Source: Alphaproteobacteria bacterium
GTDB lineage: Bacteria > Pseudomonadota > Alphaproteobacteria > Bin95
Direction of reading: 5' to 3'
Assembly (NCBI GenBank): GCA_964291285.2
Contig: OZ219787.1
Coordinates: forward strand, 160,001 to 224,000
DNA: 64,000 nucleotides
Position 1 is the first letter of the stretch. Every line of letters starts with the position of its first letter. Positions 44,232-54,308 of this stretch are shown piece by piece. The notes under the pieces were generated by a model that saw nothing but the letters and a program-made list of their open reading frames with translations, had not been told where the DNA came from and searched no databases. A program made the position numbers and the translations under genes.

Positions 44232-46298
44232 TCACGCCCGGAAGCCCACAACCTGCGGGCGGCCCGGCTTGGCGTCGCATTCCTGCCGCAGCATCCCGGC
44301 CAGCGCGGCGGGGTCGTCCAGCAGCCCGACGATCTCCGCCTTGCGCCGCACCACGGCGAAATCGCCGGGGGTAAGCGCCGCGAGACCGCGGAGGCAGGTC
44401 GGCGGCTCCTTCCCGAAGTAAGCGCGGAAGGCGGCTTCCGCCTGTTCGGGCGCCAGATAGTCCAGCGCCACCTTGAAGGTGAAGCGCCGGAGCGTCGCCG
44501 GGTCCAGACGGTCGCCGAAATTGGTGGTGCAGGCGAAGGGCAGCGGGTGGCTCTCCATCCAGGTCAGCATCTCGTTGACCTGGCTCACCTCCCACGACCT
44601 CTGGGCGAAGCGGCGGTCGGCAAGCAGCGAGTCGGCCTCGTCGAACACGAGGAACGCGCCGGCGTCGCGCGCCTCGGCGAAGGCATCCGCGATCTGTTGC
44701 TCCGTCTCGCCGACCCACTTCGACAAGAGGTCGGAGGTCCGCTTCTGCATCACTTCCAGGCCCAGCCGTTCGGCAAGGAACCGGACGTAAGCGCTCTTGC
44801 CCGTGCCCGGCGGGCCCTGCAGGCAGAGGGAGAAGCGCCGCGCGCCGGAACCGACAATGCGCCCGGCCAGCGCGGCCGGGTCCGTGTCGGCCCGGATGAG
44901 CGCGGGGTCGAAGCGCGCCGGCGTTCCCTCGGGCGGCTTCCCGCAGCCGAGGACCCGCGAGAGGCTGCGCACCCCGCGGCGCACGGCTTCGAGCTCGCCG
45001 CCCGCCAGCGCGGCCGCGGCCGTCGCGCCCGCCGCAATCCCGGGCGTGGCCTCGAACCCGGCGGCCAGCGCGCGCACCTCCTCCGGCTTCGCCTCGATGC
45101 CGTGGCGCTCAAGCTGCCGCGCCCAGACCCGCTGCCTTACCGGGGCGGTCGGCGGGCGCAGCTCGAAGGCGAACATCATGCGCCGGAGGATGGCCGGACT
45201 GACATGCCGGGCGTCGTTCATCGTCCAGAGCGTCGGCGCGGGGGCGCGCTCCAGCAGCCGGTGCATGAAAATCCTGGAGGAGCCGCCCCGGGCGTTGCGG
45301 GCGAACCGGCCTCCCAGGAAATCGAATTCCGGCCCGTCGTCCTCAAGCAGGTCCTCCATCTCGTCGAACAGCAGCAGCGAGCGCCGGTCCTGCGCCAGCA
45401 GCCGCTGGGCGAGGCGCAGCTCCTGCATCCGTTCCCGGCGCGACGGCTCGCGCCCGTCCCCGTCCGCTTCGCCGACGCTGTAGAGCGCAACGCCGAGGCA
45501 TTCGGCCACCGTCTTGCAGAACTCGGTCTTTCCGGTTCCCGGAGGTCCGTAGAGCAGGATGTTGACGCCCGGCTCCCGGCGTTCCAGCGCGCCCTTCAGC
45601 AGCCTCTCGACATGGTCGCGGCCCTCGGCCACATGGTCGAAATCGGACCAGTCGAGTTCGCTCGCGCCCGCGGCGTCGAAGAGCAGGCCGTTCGCATCGA
45701 GCCCGGCTCCGGCGGGAGCGAGCGCGAGCCGGTTGAGACGGTCGATAGCCTTCACTTCGCCGTCGCTGTCGATGGAAACGAGCCCGCACCGGATGAGCGG
45801 CGCGCCGTCTGCGAGGCGGCGTGCGACCGTATTTGTCGAGAGGCCCAGGGGCAGGGCCAGCGCGCGTCCCCCGATGTTCAGGTCGTGCCATCGGGAGGGG
45901 TCGACGAAGACGTCATCGATCATCGATTCGAAGACGGGATTCGTCCGGTCGCGCACCAGAAGTTCGAGAAGCGCGGTGTCGGTGCGGGAGAGCCCCGTCG
46001 TTTGCGCCAGACGCAGGAGGCGCCGTCCGGTCCGGTCGCGCCTCGGCGCCCTGGCCGCGCACTCGTCCTGCAAGGCCTGCCGCAAGCCGCGAAACTGTTC
46101 TTTCGAGACCTTGTCGTAGTCGGCGGTCCAGCGGCGCATGCGCCGTCGCCGCCTCCCTCGTCGTCCGAGCGCGACGCGGTTCTCTCCGTCGGCCACCCAC
46201 CCGGCGAGCGCCGAGGCTTCGGGGTCCCGTCGGCGCAGGCCCGAGGCGGCGTTAGCGAGGTACCGGGTGAGCAGATGTCGTTCGTAGGCGGTCAGCAT
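44232..46298 (-). CDS. Tandem-domain AAA+ ATPase
   Basis: Two Walker A (GPPGTGKT, GPPGTGKS) and two Walker B (LFDE, VFDE) motifs; RRF arginine finger. Confidence 0.92.
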   Translation of the reverse strand: MLTAYERHLLTRYLANAASGLRRRDPEASALAGWVADGENRVALGRRGRRRRRMRRWTADYDKVSKEQFRGLRQALQDECAARAPRRDRTGRRLLRLAQTTGLSRTDTALLELLVRDRTNPVFESMIDDVFVDPSRWHDLNIGGRALALPLGLSTNTVARRLADGAPLIRCGLVSIDSDGEVKAIDRLNRLALAPAGAGLDANGLLFDAAGASELDWSDFDHVAEGRDHVERLLKGALERREPGVNILLYGPPGTGKTEFCKTVAECLGVALYSVGEADGDGREPSRRERMQELRLAQRLLAQDRRSLLLFDEMEDLLEDDGPEFDFLGGRFARNARGGSSRIFMHRLLERAPAPTLWTMNDARHVSPAILRRMMFAFELRPPTAPVRQRVWARQLERHGIEAKPEEVRALAAGFEATPGIAAGATAAAALAGGELEAVRRGVRSLSRVLGCGKPPEGTPARFDPALIRADTDPAALAGRIVGSGARRFSLCLQGPPGTGKSAYVRFLAERLGLEVMQKRTSDLLSKWVGETEQQIADAFAEARDAGAFLVFDEADSLLADRRFAQRSWEVSQVNEMLTWMESHPLPFACTTNFGDRLDPATLRRFTFKVALDYLAPEQAEAAFRAYFGKEPPTCLRGLAALTPGDFAVVRRKAEIVGLLDDPAALAGMLRQECDAKPGRPQVVGFRA

Positions 46299-46341
46299 GG
46301 ACTCTCTCCGGATTGCGGTATCCGGGGAGCATGACGGCCGA

Positions 46342-46362
46342 ATGCGTCAGATCCGGTCGTAT
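46342..46362. promoter_or_regulatory. DriD-binding box
   Basis: ATGCGTC-N7-GTCGTAT versus the DriD site ATACGAC-N7-GTCGTAT; 44 nt upstream of the AAA start, with a CATGCT -10-like hexamer between. Confidence 0.7.
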
Positions 46363-46380
46363 CGGCGCAGCCTTTCAGGC

Positions 46381-47430
46381 TTAGCGGTACCTCGCCTCTT
46401 GCTCGCCCTCCTCTGCCGGGCGGGCCATGGCGTCGATGATCTGCTTCAGGCTTATGCTGCCGATCGCCTTGCCTTCGCTGTCCACGACACTGGCCCGGTC
46501 GGCCTCTGCGGCGCTCACGGCCTGCAACGCCTCGTCCAGGACAAGGTTGTGGGCCACGCTCGGGCCGTCGACGCCTTCGCCGGGCGTCATGACCGACCTC
46601 GCTTCGATGACCCGGCCCCGGTTGATGTCCTTGACGAAGTCGAAAATGTAGTCGTCGGCCGGATGCAGGATGATGTCCTGCGGATTGCCCTGCTGGATGA
46701 GGGCGCCGTCGCGCAGGATGGCGATGCTGTCCCCCAGCCGCAGCGCCTCGTCGAGATCGTGGGTGATGAACACGATGGTCTTGTGCAGCTCCTCCTGCAG
46801 TCCCAGCAGGACCTGCTGCATGTCGGTGCGGATCAACGGGTCGAGCGCCGAGAACGGCTCGTCCATCAGCAGGATGTCCGCGTCGGTGGCCAGCGCCCGC
46901 GCCAGGCCGACCCGCTGCTGCATGCCCCCCGACAGCTGCGAGGGATAGTGGTTCTCGAACCCCGACAGCCCGACGCGGTCCAGCCATTTCCGGCTTTGCT
47001 GCTTGGCCTCCCCGATGGACATGCCCTGGATCGCGAGCCCGTAGGCGGCGTTCTCGGCCACCGTCTTGTGGACATGCAGCCCGAACCTCTGGAACACCAT
47101 CGAGATGCTGTGGCGCCGGACCTCGATCAGCTCCTCCCTGGTCATGGCGAGCACATCGCGCCCGTTGACCACGATCCGGCCCGACGTCGGCTCGATCAGC
47201 CGGTTGATATGCCGGATCAGGGTGGACTTGCCGGAGCCCGACAGGCCCATGATGACGGAGATTTCCCGGGCGGAGACCTCGATGTTGATGTCCTTCAGCC
47301 CGAGCACGTGATCGTGCTTTTCGAGCAATTCCTGCTTGGACATGCCCTGCTGGACGGCGGCGAGCACGGATTGCGGCCGGGGACCGAAGATCTTGTACAG
47401 CTTCTCGATGCTGATCTTGGTTTCAGCCAT
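46381..47430 (-). CDS. proV: Glycine betaine/proline ABC transporter ATPase
   Basis: GLSGSGKS, LSGGMQQR, DEPFSALDP, CBS tail. Confidence 0.88.
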   Translation of the reverse strand: MAETKISIEKLYKIFGPRPQSVLAAVQQGMSKQELLEKHDHVLGLKDINIEVSAREISVIMGLSGSGKSTLIRHINRLIEPTSGRIVVNGRDVLAMTREELIEVRRHSISMVFQRFGLHVHKTVAENAAYGLAIQGMSIGEAKQQSRKWLDRVGLSGFENHYPSQLSGGMQQRVGLARALATDADILLMDEPFSALDPLIRTDMQQVLLGLQEELHKTIVFITHDLDEALRLGDSIAILRDGALIQQGNPQDIILHPADDYIFDFVKDINRGRVIEARSVMTPGEGVDGPSVAHNLVLDEALQAVSAAEADRASVVDSEGKAIGSISLKQIIDAMARPAEEGEQEARYR

Positions 47431-48313
47431 GATCGACGCCTTGGCGATGCCGTTGCAGGCGCTGGCCGAACCTTTGCGACACGCGGTCGAAGATGATCGC
47501 CAGCGCCACGATCGCAAGGCCGTTCATCAGGCCGAGCGCCAGATACTGGTTCGAAATCGACCGCAACACCGGCACGCCGAGGCCGGCGACACCGATCATC
47601 GATGCGATCACCACCATGGACAGCGCCATCATGATGGTCTGGTTCACGCCGGCGAAAATGTTGGGGAGCGCGAGCGGAATCTGCACGCCGAACAGTTTCT
47701 GCCTGTAGTCGGCGCCGAAGGCATCGGCCGCCTCCAGCGCTTCCTTCTCGACGAGCCGTATGCCGAGATTGGTCAGCCGCACGATCGGCGGAATCGCATA
47801 GATGCACACCGCGATCAGGCCCGGCACCTTGCCGATGCCGAGCAGCATGACGACCGGAATGAGATAAACGAAGGCCGGAATCGTCTGCATGATGTCCAGC
47901 ACCGGCGTGATCGCCGTCTGCATCCGGTCCGAGCGCGCCATCAGGATGCCGAGCGGGATGCCGACCGCAATGCAGAGCAGGGTGGCGACCGAGATGATGG
48001 CAAGCGTGGACATGGTGTCCTGCCACATGCCGAAATAGCCGATCGCGAGGAACGACAGCACGGAGCCGGCGACGACCGTCCTGCTGCGCGAGCCGAGCCA
48101 GGCCAGCCCCGCGATCACCAGCGCGATCACCGGCCATGGCGTCGCGATCAGCAGCTTCTCGAACCAGACGAGGAACCTGAGCAGGGGCTCGAAAAAGTTC
48201 TCGAGCATCTCGCCGAATTCACGCGAAAAGTCGCGAAACCCTCCATCGATCGCCTTCTTCAGATCGCGAAGATCCTGGCGGTCCATCGAGGGAAATTCCG
48301 TCAAGAAATCCAT
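47423..48313 (-). CDS. proW: Glycine betaine/proline ABC permease
   Basis: MQTIPAFVYLIP, RLTNLGIR, GVNQTIMMALSM. Confidence 0.88.
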   Translation of the reverse strand: MDFLTEFPSMDRQDLRDLKKAIDGGFRDFSREFGEMLENFFEPLLRFLVWFEKLLIATPWPVIALVIAGLAWLGSRSRTVVAGSVLSFLAIGYFGMWQDTMSTLAIISVATLLCIAVGIPLGILMARSDRMQTAITPVLDIMQTIPAFVYLIPVVMLLGIGKVPGLIAVCIYAIPPIVRLTNLGIRLVEKEALEAADAFGADYRQKLFGVQIPLALPNIFAGVNQTIMMALSMVVIASMIGVAGLGVPVLRSISNQYLALGLMNGLAIVALAIIFDRVSQRFGQRLQRHRQGVDHG

Positions 48314-48383
48314 GCGGGCCTCCCATCGGGCTCGGGGAATTACTCCTTCAAACGCCCTTCCGAGCCGGCGTCAGAGGACAAGG

Positions 48384-48420
48384 AAAAGCCCGCCGGGACG
48401 GGTCCGGGCGGACTTTTCTC
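48384..48420. terminator. Intercistronic hairpin/terminator after proX
   Basis: AAAAGCCCGCC...GGCGGACTTTT imperfect stem with T runs. Confidence 0.5.
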
Positions 48421-48457
48421 TTCGAGTCAGGCAATCGGGTCGATTGCAAGACCCGCG

Positions 48458-49462
48458 TTACATTCCCTTCACTTTCGCGGCGACTTCGGCAGGCACCCAG
48501 GGCTTCCACACGTCGCCATGCACCTTCAGGAATTCCGCCGCGGCGTCCGCCCCGTCGGCCTGGTTCTCGTCCATATAGACGAGCATGCCGTTCATCACGT
48601 CGCCGGGGAACACGCGGCTCCTGAAATACGCCATGACCTCATCGCCGGCGTTCTTCGCGAAGTCGGCGGTGACCACGGTATGCACTTCCGACTTCGTCCA
48701 GGACGAGGGCTGCGGATCGGCGCATTCCTGTTCCGGCTTGACGATGCAGCCGTCCCAGTGCTCGCTGCCGACGAACGGCACGCCGAAGTCGAGCTTGACC
48801 ATCTTGTGCCGCCCGATCAGCGCGGTCGGCGACCAGTAGTAGCCGAACCAGTTCTCGCCGCGGTTGACCGCCTTGGACATCGAGCCGTCAAGCCCGGCCG
48901 CCGAACCCGGGTCCACGAGCTTCCAGCCCTTTTCCGCCATCTTGAAGCCGCGGAACAGGTTCGCGTTGGTCAGCTGGCAGCCCCAGCCCGCGGGGCATCC
49001 CACGAACGCGCCCTTCGAGGGGTCCTCGGCATCCGGGAAGAGGTCGGGACGCTTCAGCACGTCCAGCACGGTCTTCAGTTCGGGGTGCTTCTCCTGCACA
49101 TAGGGCGGGACCCACCAGCCCTCGCCCAGGCCGCTGATGGGGCCGTCATTGGCGGATTGCAGGCGCCCTTCGTCCATGGCGATCTTCAGGGGATCGCGCA
49201 CGGCGTTGATCCAGAGCTCCGGCGCCACGTCCGGCTCGCCCTTCTCGTTGAGCGAGGTGAAGGTCGGCATGGTGTCGCCGGGAACCAGTTCGACGTCGCA
49301 TCCATATCCTTCGGCGAGGATGATCTTGTCGACTTCGGCCATCAATTGGGCCGACGCCCAGTTCATGTTCGCGATCTGGACCTTGCCGCAGTCCGCCATG
49401 GCCGCATTCGCGCCGAACACCAGCGCCAGGCCCAGCAAAGCCGTCTTCGGCAAGTGTTTCAT
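48458..49462 (-). CDS. proX: Glycine betaine ABC substrate-binding protein
   Basis: Signal peptide; MNWASA, CPAGWGC, YYWSP. Confidence 0.85.
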   Translation of the reverse strand: MKHLPKTALLGLALVFGANAAMADCGKVQIANMNWASAQLMAEVDKIILAEGYGCDVELVPGDTMPTFTSLNEKGEPDVAPELWINAVRDPLKIAMDEGRLQSANDGPISGLGEGWWVPPYVQEKHPELKTVLDVLKRPDLFPDAEDPSKGAFVGCPAGWGCQLTNANLFRGFKMAEKGWKLVDPGSAAGLDGSMSKAVNRGENWFGYYWSPTALIGRHKMVKLDFGVPFVGSEHWDGCIVKPEQECADPQPSSWTKSEVHTVVTADFAKNAGDEVMAYFRSRVFPGDVMNGMLVYMDENQADGADAAAEFLKVHGDVWKPWVPAEVAAKVKGM

Positions 49463-49712
49463 GTTCGTTCCTCCTCTGGTTCCTGCGCGGCGATCGAAAC
49501 GGTGCGCAGCAGGCGATACGGCCCCTGACGTTTGGCAGCACTACGGAAACGGCCGACGGGCCGCCACCGTCCGCCACCGACGGGCGAAACGCTAACATGA
49601 GGCCACAACGCCGACAAGGAGCGGCTCCGGCCCGCGTTTCCGGCGAACGGGAAAGTCCTGTAACCTCGCCCGCCGCGGCGCGACATGCGCAGCCGCCGGC
49701 GGGAGCGGGACA

Positions 49713-50765
49713 GTGGGCGATCTTCAGGGGTTTCTGAGGCGCATTCCGAAGGTGGAGCTGCACTGCCACCTGCTCGGCACCGTGCGCAAGGCGACGATGA
49801 AGGCGATGGCGGCCCGCAACGGGGCGCGCACGACGGAAGACGAGATCGAGGGGTTCTACATCCGCGGCGAGAAGCCGGTCGGCGTGCTCGCCATCTTCCG
49901 CGAGATGGAGGCCCATATCCTGATGACGCCGGCGGACTTCCGGCAGATCGCCCGGGACTATCTGGAGGACGCCGCCGCCCACACGGTCCGCTATGCCGAG
50001 ATCTACTGGAACCCGACCGGCAATCTCCGCCACACGGGCCTCTCCTACGGCGCGTTGCAGGCCGCGGTCCTCGCCGGCATGGCGGATGCGGAGCGGGACT
50101 TCGGCATCGCCGGCAATCTCATCCCGAGCATCGACCGGGAGGCCCCGCCCGAAGACGCGGTCGGGATGGTCCGGCAGATGATCGCCAACCGCGACCCGCG
50201 CGTGCCCGGCATCGGCATCGACTACCGCGAGGTGGACAATCCGCCGGAGAAATTCGCCGAGGCCTACGCGCTCGCGCGGGAGGCCGGCTTCCGGCTGACG
50301 GCGCATGCCGGCGAGTTCGGCGAGCCCTGGACCAATGTCGCGGCCGCGCTCGACCTGCTCAAGGTGGAGCGGCTCGACCACGCCTACACGGTCCTCGACA
50401 ATCCGGAGCTCACGGCGCGCTGCGCGGCCGAGGGCATCGTCATCACCGTCGTGCCGACCAACAGCTACTATCTGCGCACGCTGGACAAGTCCGAATGGGC
50501 GGAGAAGCACCCCATCCGGCGCATGGGGCCCGCGGGGCTGCGCATCCACCCCAACACGGACGATCCGGCTTTCCACCTGACCGACCCGACCCGCTGCTGG
50601 CAGAGCATGGTCGTCGATTTCGGCTATTCGCTGGCCGACCTCCGCGGCTTCATGCTGAACGGCCTCGACGGCGCGTGGATCGACGACGGGCTGCGCGCGC
50701 GCTGGAAGCGGGAATGGAGCGCCGAGTTCGACCGCCTCGCGGAAGAGCACGGCGTCGCCGGCTGA
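49713..50765 (+). CDS. add: Adenosine/adenine deaminase family protein
   Basis: PKVELHCH, TAHAGE, RLDH, NTDDP. Confidence 0.85.
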   Translation: MGDLQGFLRRIPKVELHCHLLGTVRKATMKAMAARNGARTTEDEIEGFYIRGEKPVGVLAIFREMEAHILMTPADFRQIARDYLEDAAAHTVRYAEIYWNPTGNLRHTGLSYGALQAAVLAGMADAERDFGIAGNLIPSIDREAPPEDAVGMVRQMIANRDPRVPGIGIDYREVDNPPEKFAEAYALAREAGFRLTAHAGEFGEPWTNVAAALDLLKVERLDHAYTVLDNPELTARCAAEGIVITVVPTNSYYLRTLDKSEWAEKHPIRRMGPAGLRIHPNTDDPAFHLTDPTRCWQSMVVDFGYSLADLRGFMLNGLDGAWIDDGLRARWKREWSAEFDRLAEEHGVAG

Positions 50766-50766
50766 C

Positions 50767-50900
50767 ATGGACGGCGCCGGCAGAACGCAGGCGGCGGCCA
50801 CGCTCACCGGCGCGCTGGCCCGCTTCGGCGCCGCCTTCTCGCTCGACGACGTGCCGGAGGACGACCGCCACCATGCGAAGCTGCTGGCGCTCGACCGCCC
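50767..50900 (+). pseudogene. MmgE/PrpD N-terminal fragment
   Basis: TGALARFGAAFSLDDVPEDDRHHAKLLALD; runs into the convergent gene. Confidence 0.55.
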
Positions 50901-50908
50901 CGGCCGCC

Positions 50909-51946
50909 TTACCCGGGTCCGGGAGATCCTGGCATGCCGGGCGGCGTGTCCGGCGGAGCCGCAGGGGCCGCCTGCAGGCCGGAGGCCGGTTTCGGGCGCA
51001 GCGGCCCGGACAGCCGGGACCAGGCCTCCCTGAACGGTTCGAGATAGACGGTTCCGAGGTTGTGGCTCGGGCCTGCCGTGGCCGGGCCGCCGAAGCGGAT
51101 GTCCTGTCCGCGTTCGGCGAGGCTGAGGCTGCCGCCGATCCAGTCCCAGAGCGCGAGCACGGTGCCGAAGTTCCGGTTGTGGTGGCGCGGGTCGTCGGAG
51201 TGGTGGATCTGGTGCTGGGCCGGGGAGATCAGCACGCGCTCGAGGAGGCGCCCGTAGGAAATCCGCACATGCGAGTGGCGCAGGTTCGACCCGGCGGCGT
51301 TGAAGACGAACAGGAAGACGTTCGCGCCATAGACGGCCAGCAGTTCCACGCGGTCGCCGAGGAAAAAGAAGAACACGGCCAGGACCGCCGCCTGCACGAA
51401 GATCGACCGGAGCGCAAAGAGCACGCCCTCCACCGGGTGGGTGCGGTAGACGGTGAACGGCGTGAGCGTCTCCGCGGTGTGGTGGACCTTGTGGAAGCAC
51501 CAGAGCAGCGGCCAGGTGTGGAGCCAGCGGTGGAGCAGGTATTTGGTGCCGTCGTCGAGGATGAACAGCGCGAAGGTAAAGAGCGCCGCGACCGCCCAGC
51601 CGGGCGCTTCGGGCCAGAGGATGTAGCGCCCGTCGAACCAGATGTGCATGGCTTCGAACAGCAAGGTCGCCACGGCGAGCTTCGACACCAGGCGCGGCGC
51701 GACGCCCATCATGATCGCCTGGTTGAGGACAGCGACCCTGTAGTCCGCCCGCGCCGAGCGCGACCACCAGATTTGCCGGCTGAAGAGCCGGGCGAGAGAG
51801 CCCGCGAGCGCGGTCCCGCCGACGAGCATCTGCACGCCCAGCGCGAGAACGAGGGCGCTTGCGAGATAGCCGACGAAAACGCGCTTCTGGGGATTGAGGA
51901 ACTGGTCGGCCAGGCGCTCCAGGAAGTCGGCGGCGAGTGTTTCCAT
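50909..51946 (-). CDS. Sterol desaturase / fatty-acid hydroxylase family protein
   Basis: His boxes HRWLH, HKVHH, HQIHH. Confidence 0.88.
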   Translation of the reverse strand: METLAADFLERLADQFLNPQKRVFVGYLASALVLALGVQMLVGGTALAGSLARLFSRQIWWSRSARADYRVAVLNQAIMMGVAPRLVSKLAVATLLFEAMHIWFDGRYILWPEAPGWAVAALFTFALFILDDGTKYLLHRWLHTWPLLWCFHKVHHTAETLTPFTVYRTHPVEGVLFALRSIFVQAAVLAVFFFFLGDRVELLAVYGANVFLFVFNAAGSNLRHSHVRISYGRLLERVLISPAQHQIHHSDDPRHHNRNFGTVLALWDWIGGSLSLAERGQDIRFGGPATAGPSHNLGTVYLEPFREAWSRLSGPLRPKPASGLQAAPAAPPDTPPGMPGSPGPG

Positions 51947-51970
51947 GGGCCGGCCCGTTCCGGTGGGCGA

Positions 51971-52002
51971 GAAAAGGGGCCCGGGCGCGCGGCCCGGGCC
52001 CC
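51971..52002 (-). terminator. Rho-independent terminator
   Basis: GGGGCCCGGGC...CCCGGGCCCC stem followed by TTTT on the minus strand. Confidence 0.65.
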
Positions 52003-52010
52003 GGCAGGCG

Positions 52011-53435
52011 TCAGTCGTTCTCGCCCGAGTCCTTGTCGCCGAGCGTGGCCGAGAGCGCTTCCATTTCCCCCGTCACGTCATTGTTGCGCGCCTGCACGCC
52101 GAACCGGTCGATCAGGAGCTTCTGCGCCTTCGCCATGTGGAGCATGTATTCGCCCCAGGCCTTTCCGTCGCCGCGCAGATAGTTGCCCTTGGTGTCGATG
52201 TCGCCGACCTGGCTGCCGTCCAGCAGCACCGGGCCGATGCCGATCAGGCGGTTCAGGCGGGTGGCGGTCTCGCCGAGATTGTTCTTGCCGGACTGCAGCG
52301 CAAGCGCGAAGCCCTTCAGCTCGCCCCAGTGCTTCACATATTTCCGGAACTGCTTGGCCGGATCGCCATTGGCTTCGGTGATCGTCTTCAGCTTCGCCAT
52401 GTCCTTGTAAACGGAGCCGGCATATTTGAAGACCGCCTCGGCCAGCACCTTCTCCCAGTTCTCGGCGATGACCGCCGCGTAGCCCTTCAGCTCGGAGCGC
52501 TGCGCGTCGGTCAGCTTCCCGCCGCCGGCGGCCGCAAGCAGCTTGCGCCCGTCGAGGAACGCCCCGGTGATCGTGTGCAGGTAGGAGGTGGCGTTGCCCT
52601 TGTCATAGACCGATGCGTCGAACCCGGCGGCGTAATAGGCGGGCCCGAAGGCCATCTCGCTCTTCAGGTCCACCTTGCCGTCCTTGTTGCGGTCGGCGGC
52701 GGCGAAGCCTTCATCGCGGCGCTTGGCGATGTTGTACACATCCTTGGGCTTCAGCATCATCGTGTGCGCCGGCGTGCCGAAATAGCCGAACGCCTCGTCC
52801 CAGGCATGCTCCTTGCCGGTGTAGGGCGCGCCCTTCTTGTAGGGCTTGTCGTTCGGCTTCTTGTCGGGGCCGAGATACTCGTCCAGATAGCCGTCCACGG
52901 CCTGGTTGTAGAACACCGCGCCCATGATGAATTTGGAGATCAGCTGCGGGTAGTCGTAGCCGTTCTCCGCGTCGAACCCCTTGTTCGCCATCGACGCCTT
53001 GTCGATCCAGAGCGAGACGAGCTCCGCCCCCGTCATGCCGTTCGGCATGCCGGCCACGGTGCCCTTGAAGGTCTTGCCCGCGAGGTTCTTGCCCTTGCTG
53101 ATCTCGTCCACGGCCGTCTGGGAGATCGCGAATGCCCCCTTCGTCTTCGGCGCGAGGATCATGCGGCCCTCGTCCTTGCCCTCGAAATAGGCCGTCATCC
53201 TGGCTTTAAGCTCGGCATTCTCCGCGCCGTTGCCCGACCCGGCGAGCTTCTTCAGCGAATCGTGCAGGGCATGGCGGGCGATCTGGCCCGTATAGGAGAC
53301 GGACGTGGTCTTCTTCCCGTCATAGCCTTTGACGGTCACCGGGAAGCCGGCATAGACCATGTCGTCCGACATGGCGGTCCCCGAGAGCAGCGCCAGCGCA
53401 ACCGCCGTCGCTCCCGCAGTGAGGGTTCTGGTCAT
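52011..53435 (-). CDS. DUF4856-like secreted iron-regulated protein
   Basis: Signal peptide; SYTGQIARH, QLISKFIMGAV, HAWDEAFGYFG. Confidence 0.75.
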   Translation of the reverse strand: MTRTLTAGATAVALALLSGTAMSDDMVYAGFPVTVKGYDGKKTTSVSYTGQIARHALHDSLKKLAGSGNGAENAELKARMTAYFEGKDEGRMILAPKTKGAFAISQTAVDEISKGKNLAGKTFKGTVAGMPNGMTGAELVSLWIDKASMANKGFDAENGYDYPQLISKFIMGAVFYNQAVDGYLDEYLGPDKKPNDKPYKKGAPYTGKEHAWDEAFGYFGTPAHTMMLKPKDVYNIAKRRDEGFAAADRNKDGKVDLKSEMAFGPAYYAAGFDASVYDKGNATSYLHTITGAFLDGRKLLAAAGGGKLTDAQRSELKGYAAVIAENWEKVLAEAVFKYAGSVYKDMAKLKTITEANGDPAKQFRKYVKHWGELKGFALALQSGKNNLGETATRLNRLIGIGPVLLDGSQVGDIDTKGNYLRGDGKAWGEYMLHMAKAQKLLIDRFGVQARNNDVTGEMEALSATLGDKDSGEND

Positions 53436-53468
53436 CGTGATTCCTCGCGTCTTGAGTCTTTCTGCGAA

Positions 53469-53520
53469 TGAAAATGAGACACATTCGCAAGAGAGTCAAT
53501 GCGAATGAAAAACATTCTCA
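53469..53520. promoter_or_regulatory. Two Fur-type boxes
   Basis: TGAAAATG-N5-CATTCGCA (53469-53489) and TGCGAATG-N5-CATTCTCA (53500-53520) bracketing a minus-strand TTGAC. Confidence 0.7.
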
Positions 53521-53569
53521 ATTAGGTCCGAAATCCGGCGTTCCAGCCGGGAATCCAGGGCCGCCGCCT

Positions 53570-54295
53570 CTACACCTCGCACCCGAGCTGCTCCCTGAGC
53601 GCCTTGCGCCTGATCTCCGCGACGGCGCCGCGCGGCAGGCTGCCAAGCTGGAAGGGGCCGTAGGCGATGCGGATGAGCCGGTTGACCGGGTGGCCGAGAT
53701 GCTCCAGCACCCGGCGGACCTCGCGGTTGCGGCCCTCGGCGAGGCTGACGGTGAGCCAGGCATTGCCGCCGCGCTGCTCGTCGAGGCTCGCCGCGATCGG
53801 CCCGTAGCGCGCGCCTGCGACCTCCACGCCGCCGGCGAGCCGCGCCAGGCGCCCCTCATCGACCCGGCCCCGCACCCGCGCCCGGTAGCGCCTGACCCAG
53901 CCGCGCGACGGCAGTTCGAGCTCGCGGGCAAGCCCGCCGTCGTTTGTCAGCAGCAGCAGGCCCTCGGAGGCGAGGTCGAGCCGCCCGACGCTCACCACGC
54001 GCGGCAGGTGCGGCGGCAGGGTCTCGAACACGGTCGGCCGCCCCTCCGGGTCGCGGTCGGTCGTCAGCAGGCCGGCCGGCTTGTGGTAGCGCCAGAGGCG
54101 GGCCGGCTCCGGGGCGGCGAGCAGGGCGCCGTCCACCTCCACCAGGTCCTGCGGCCCGACATTCACCGCCGGGTCCCGGAGCGCCTGCCCGTTCAGGCTC
54201 ACGCGCCCGGCGAGGATGCGCCGCTCGGCCTCGCGCCGCGAGCAGACGCCCGCCCGCGCGATGCGTTTCGCGATGCGCTCGCCGTCCCCGCTCAC
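53570..54295 (-). CDS. rluB: rRNA pseudouridine synthase (RluB-like)
   Basis: S4 domain SRREAE, GRLDLASEGLLLLTNDG, EGRNREVRR. Confidence 0.88.
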   Translation of the reverse strand: MSGDGERIAKRIARAGVCSRREAERRILAGRVSLNGQALRDPAVNVGPQDLVEVDGALLAAPEPARLWRYHKPAGLLTTDRDPEGRPTVFETLPPHLPRVVSVGRLDLASEGLLLLTNDGGLARELELPSRGWVRRYRARVRGRVDEGRLARLAGGVEVAGARYGPIAASLDEQRGGNAWLTVSLAEGRNREVRRVLEHLGHPVNRLIRIAYGPFQLGSLPRGAVAEIRRKALREQLGCEV

Positions 54296-54308
54296 GGCAT
54301 GGCCCCGC

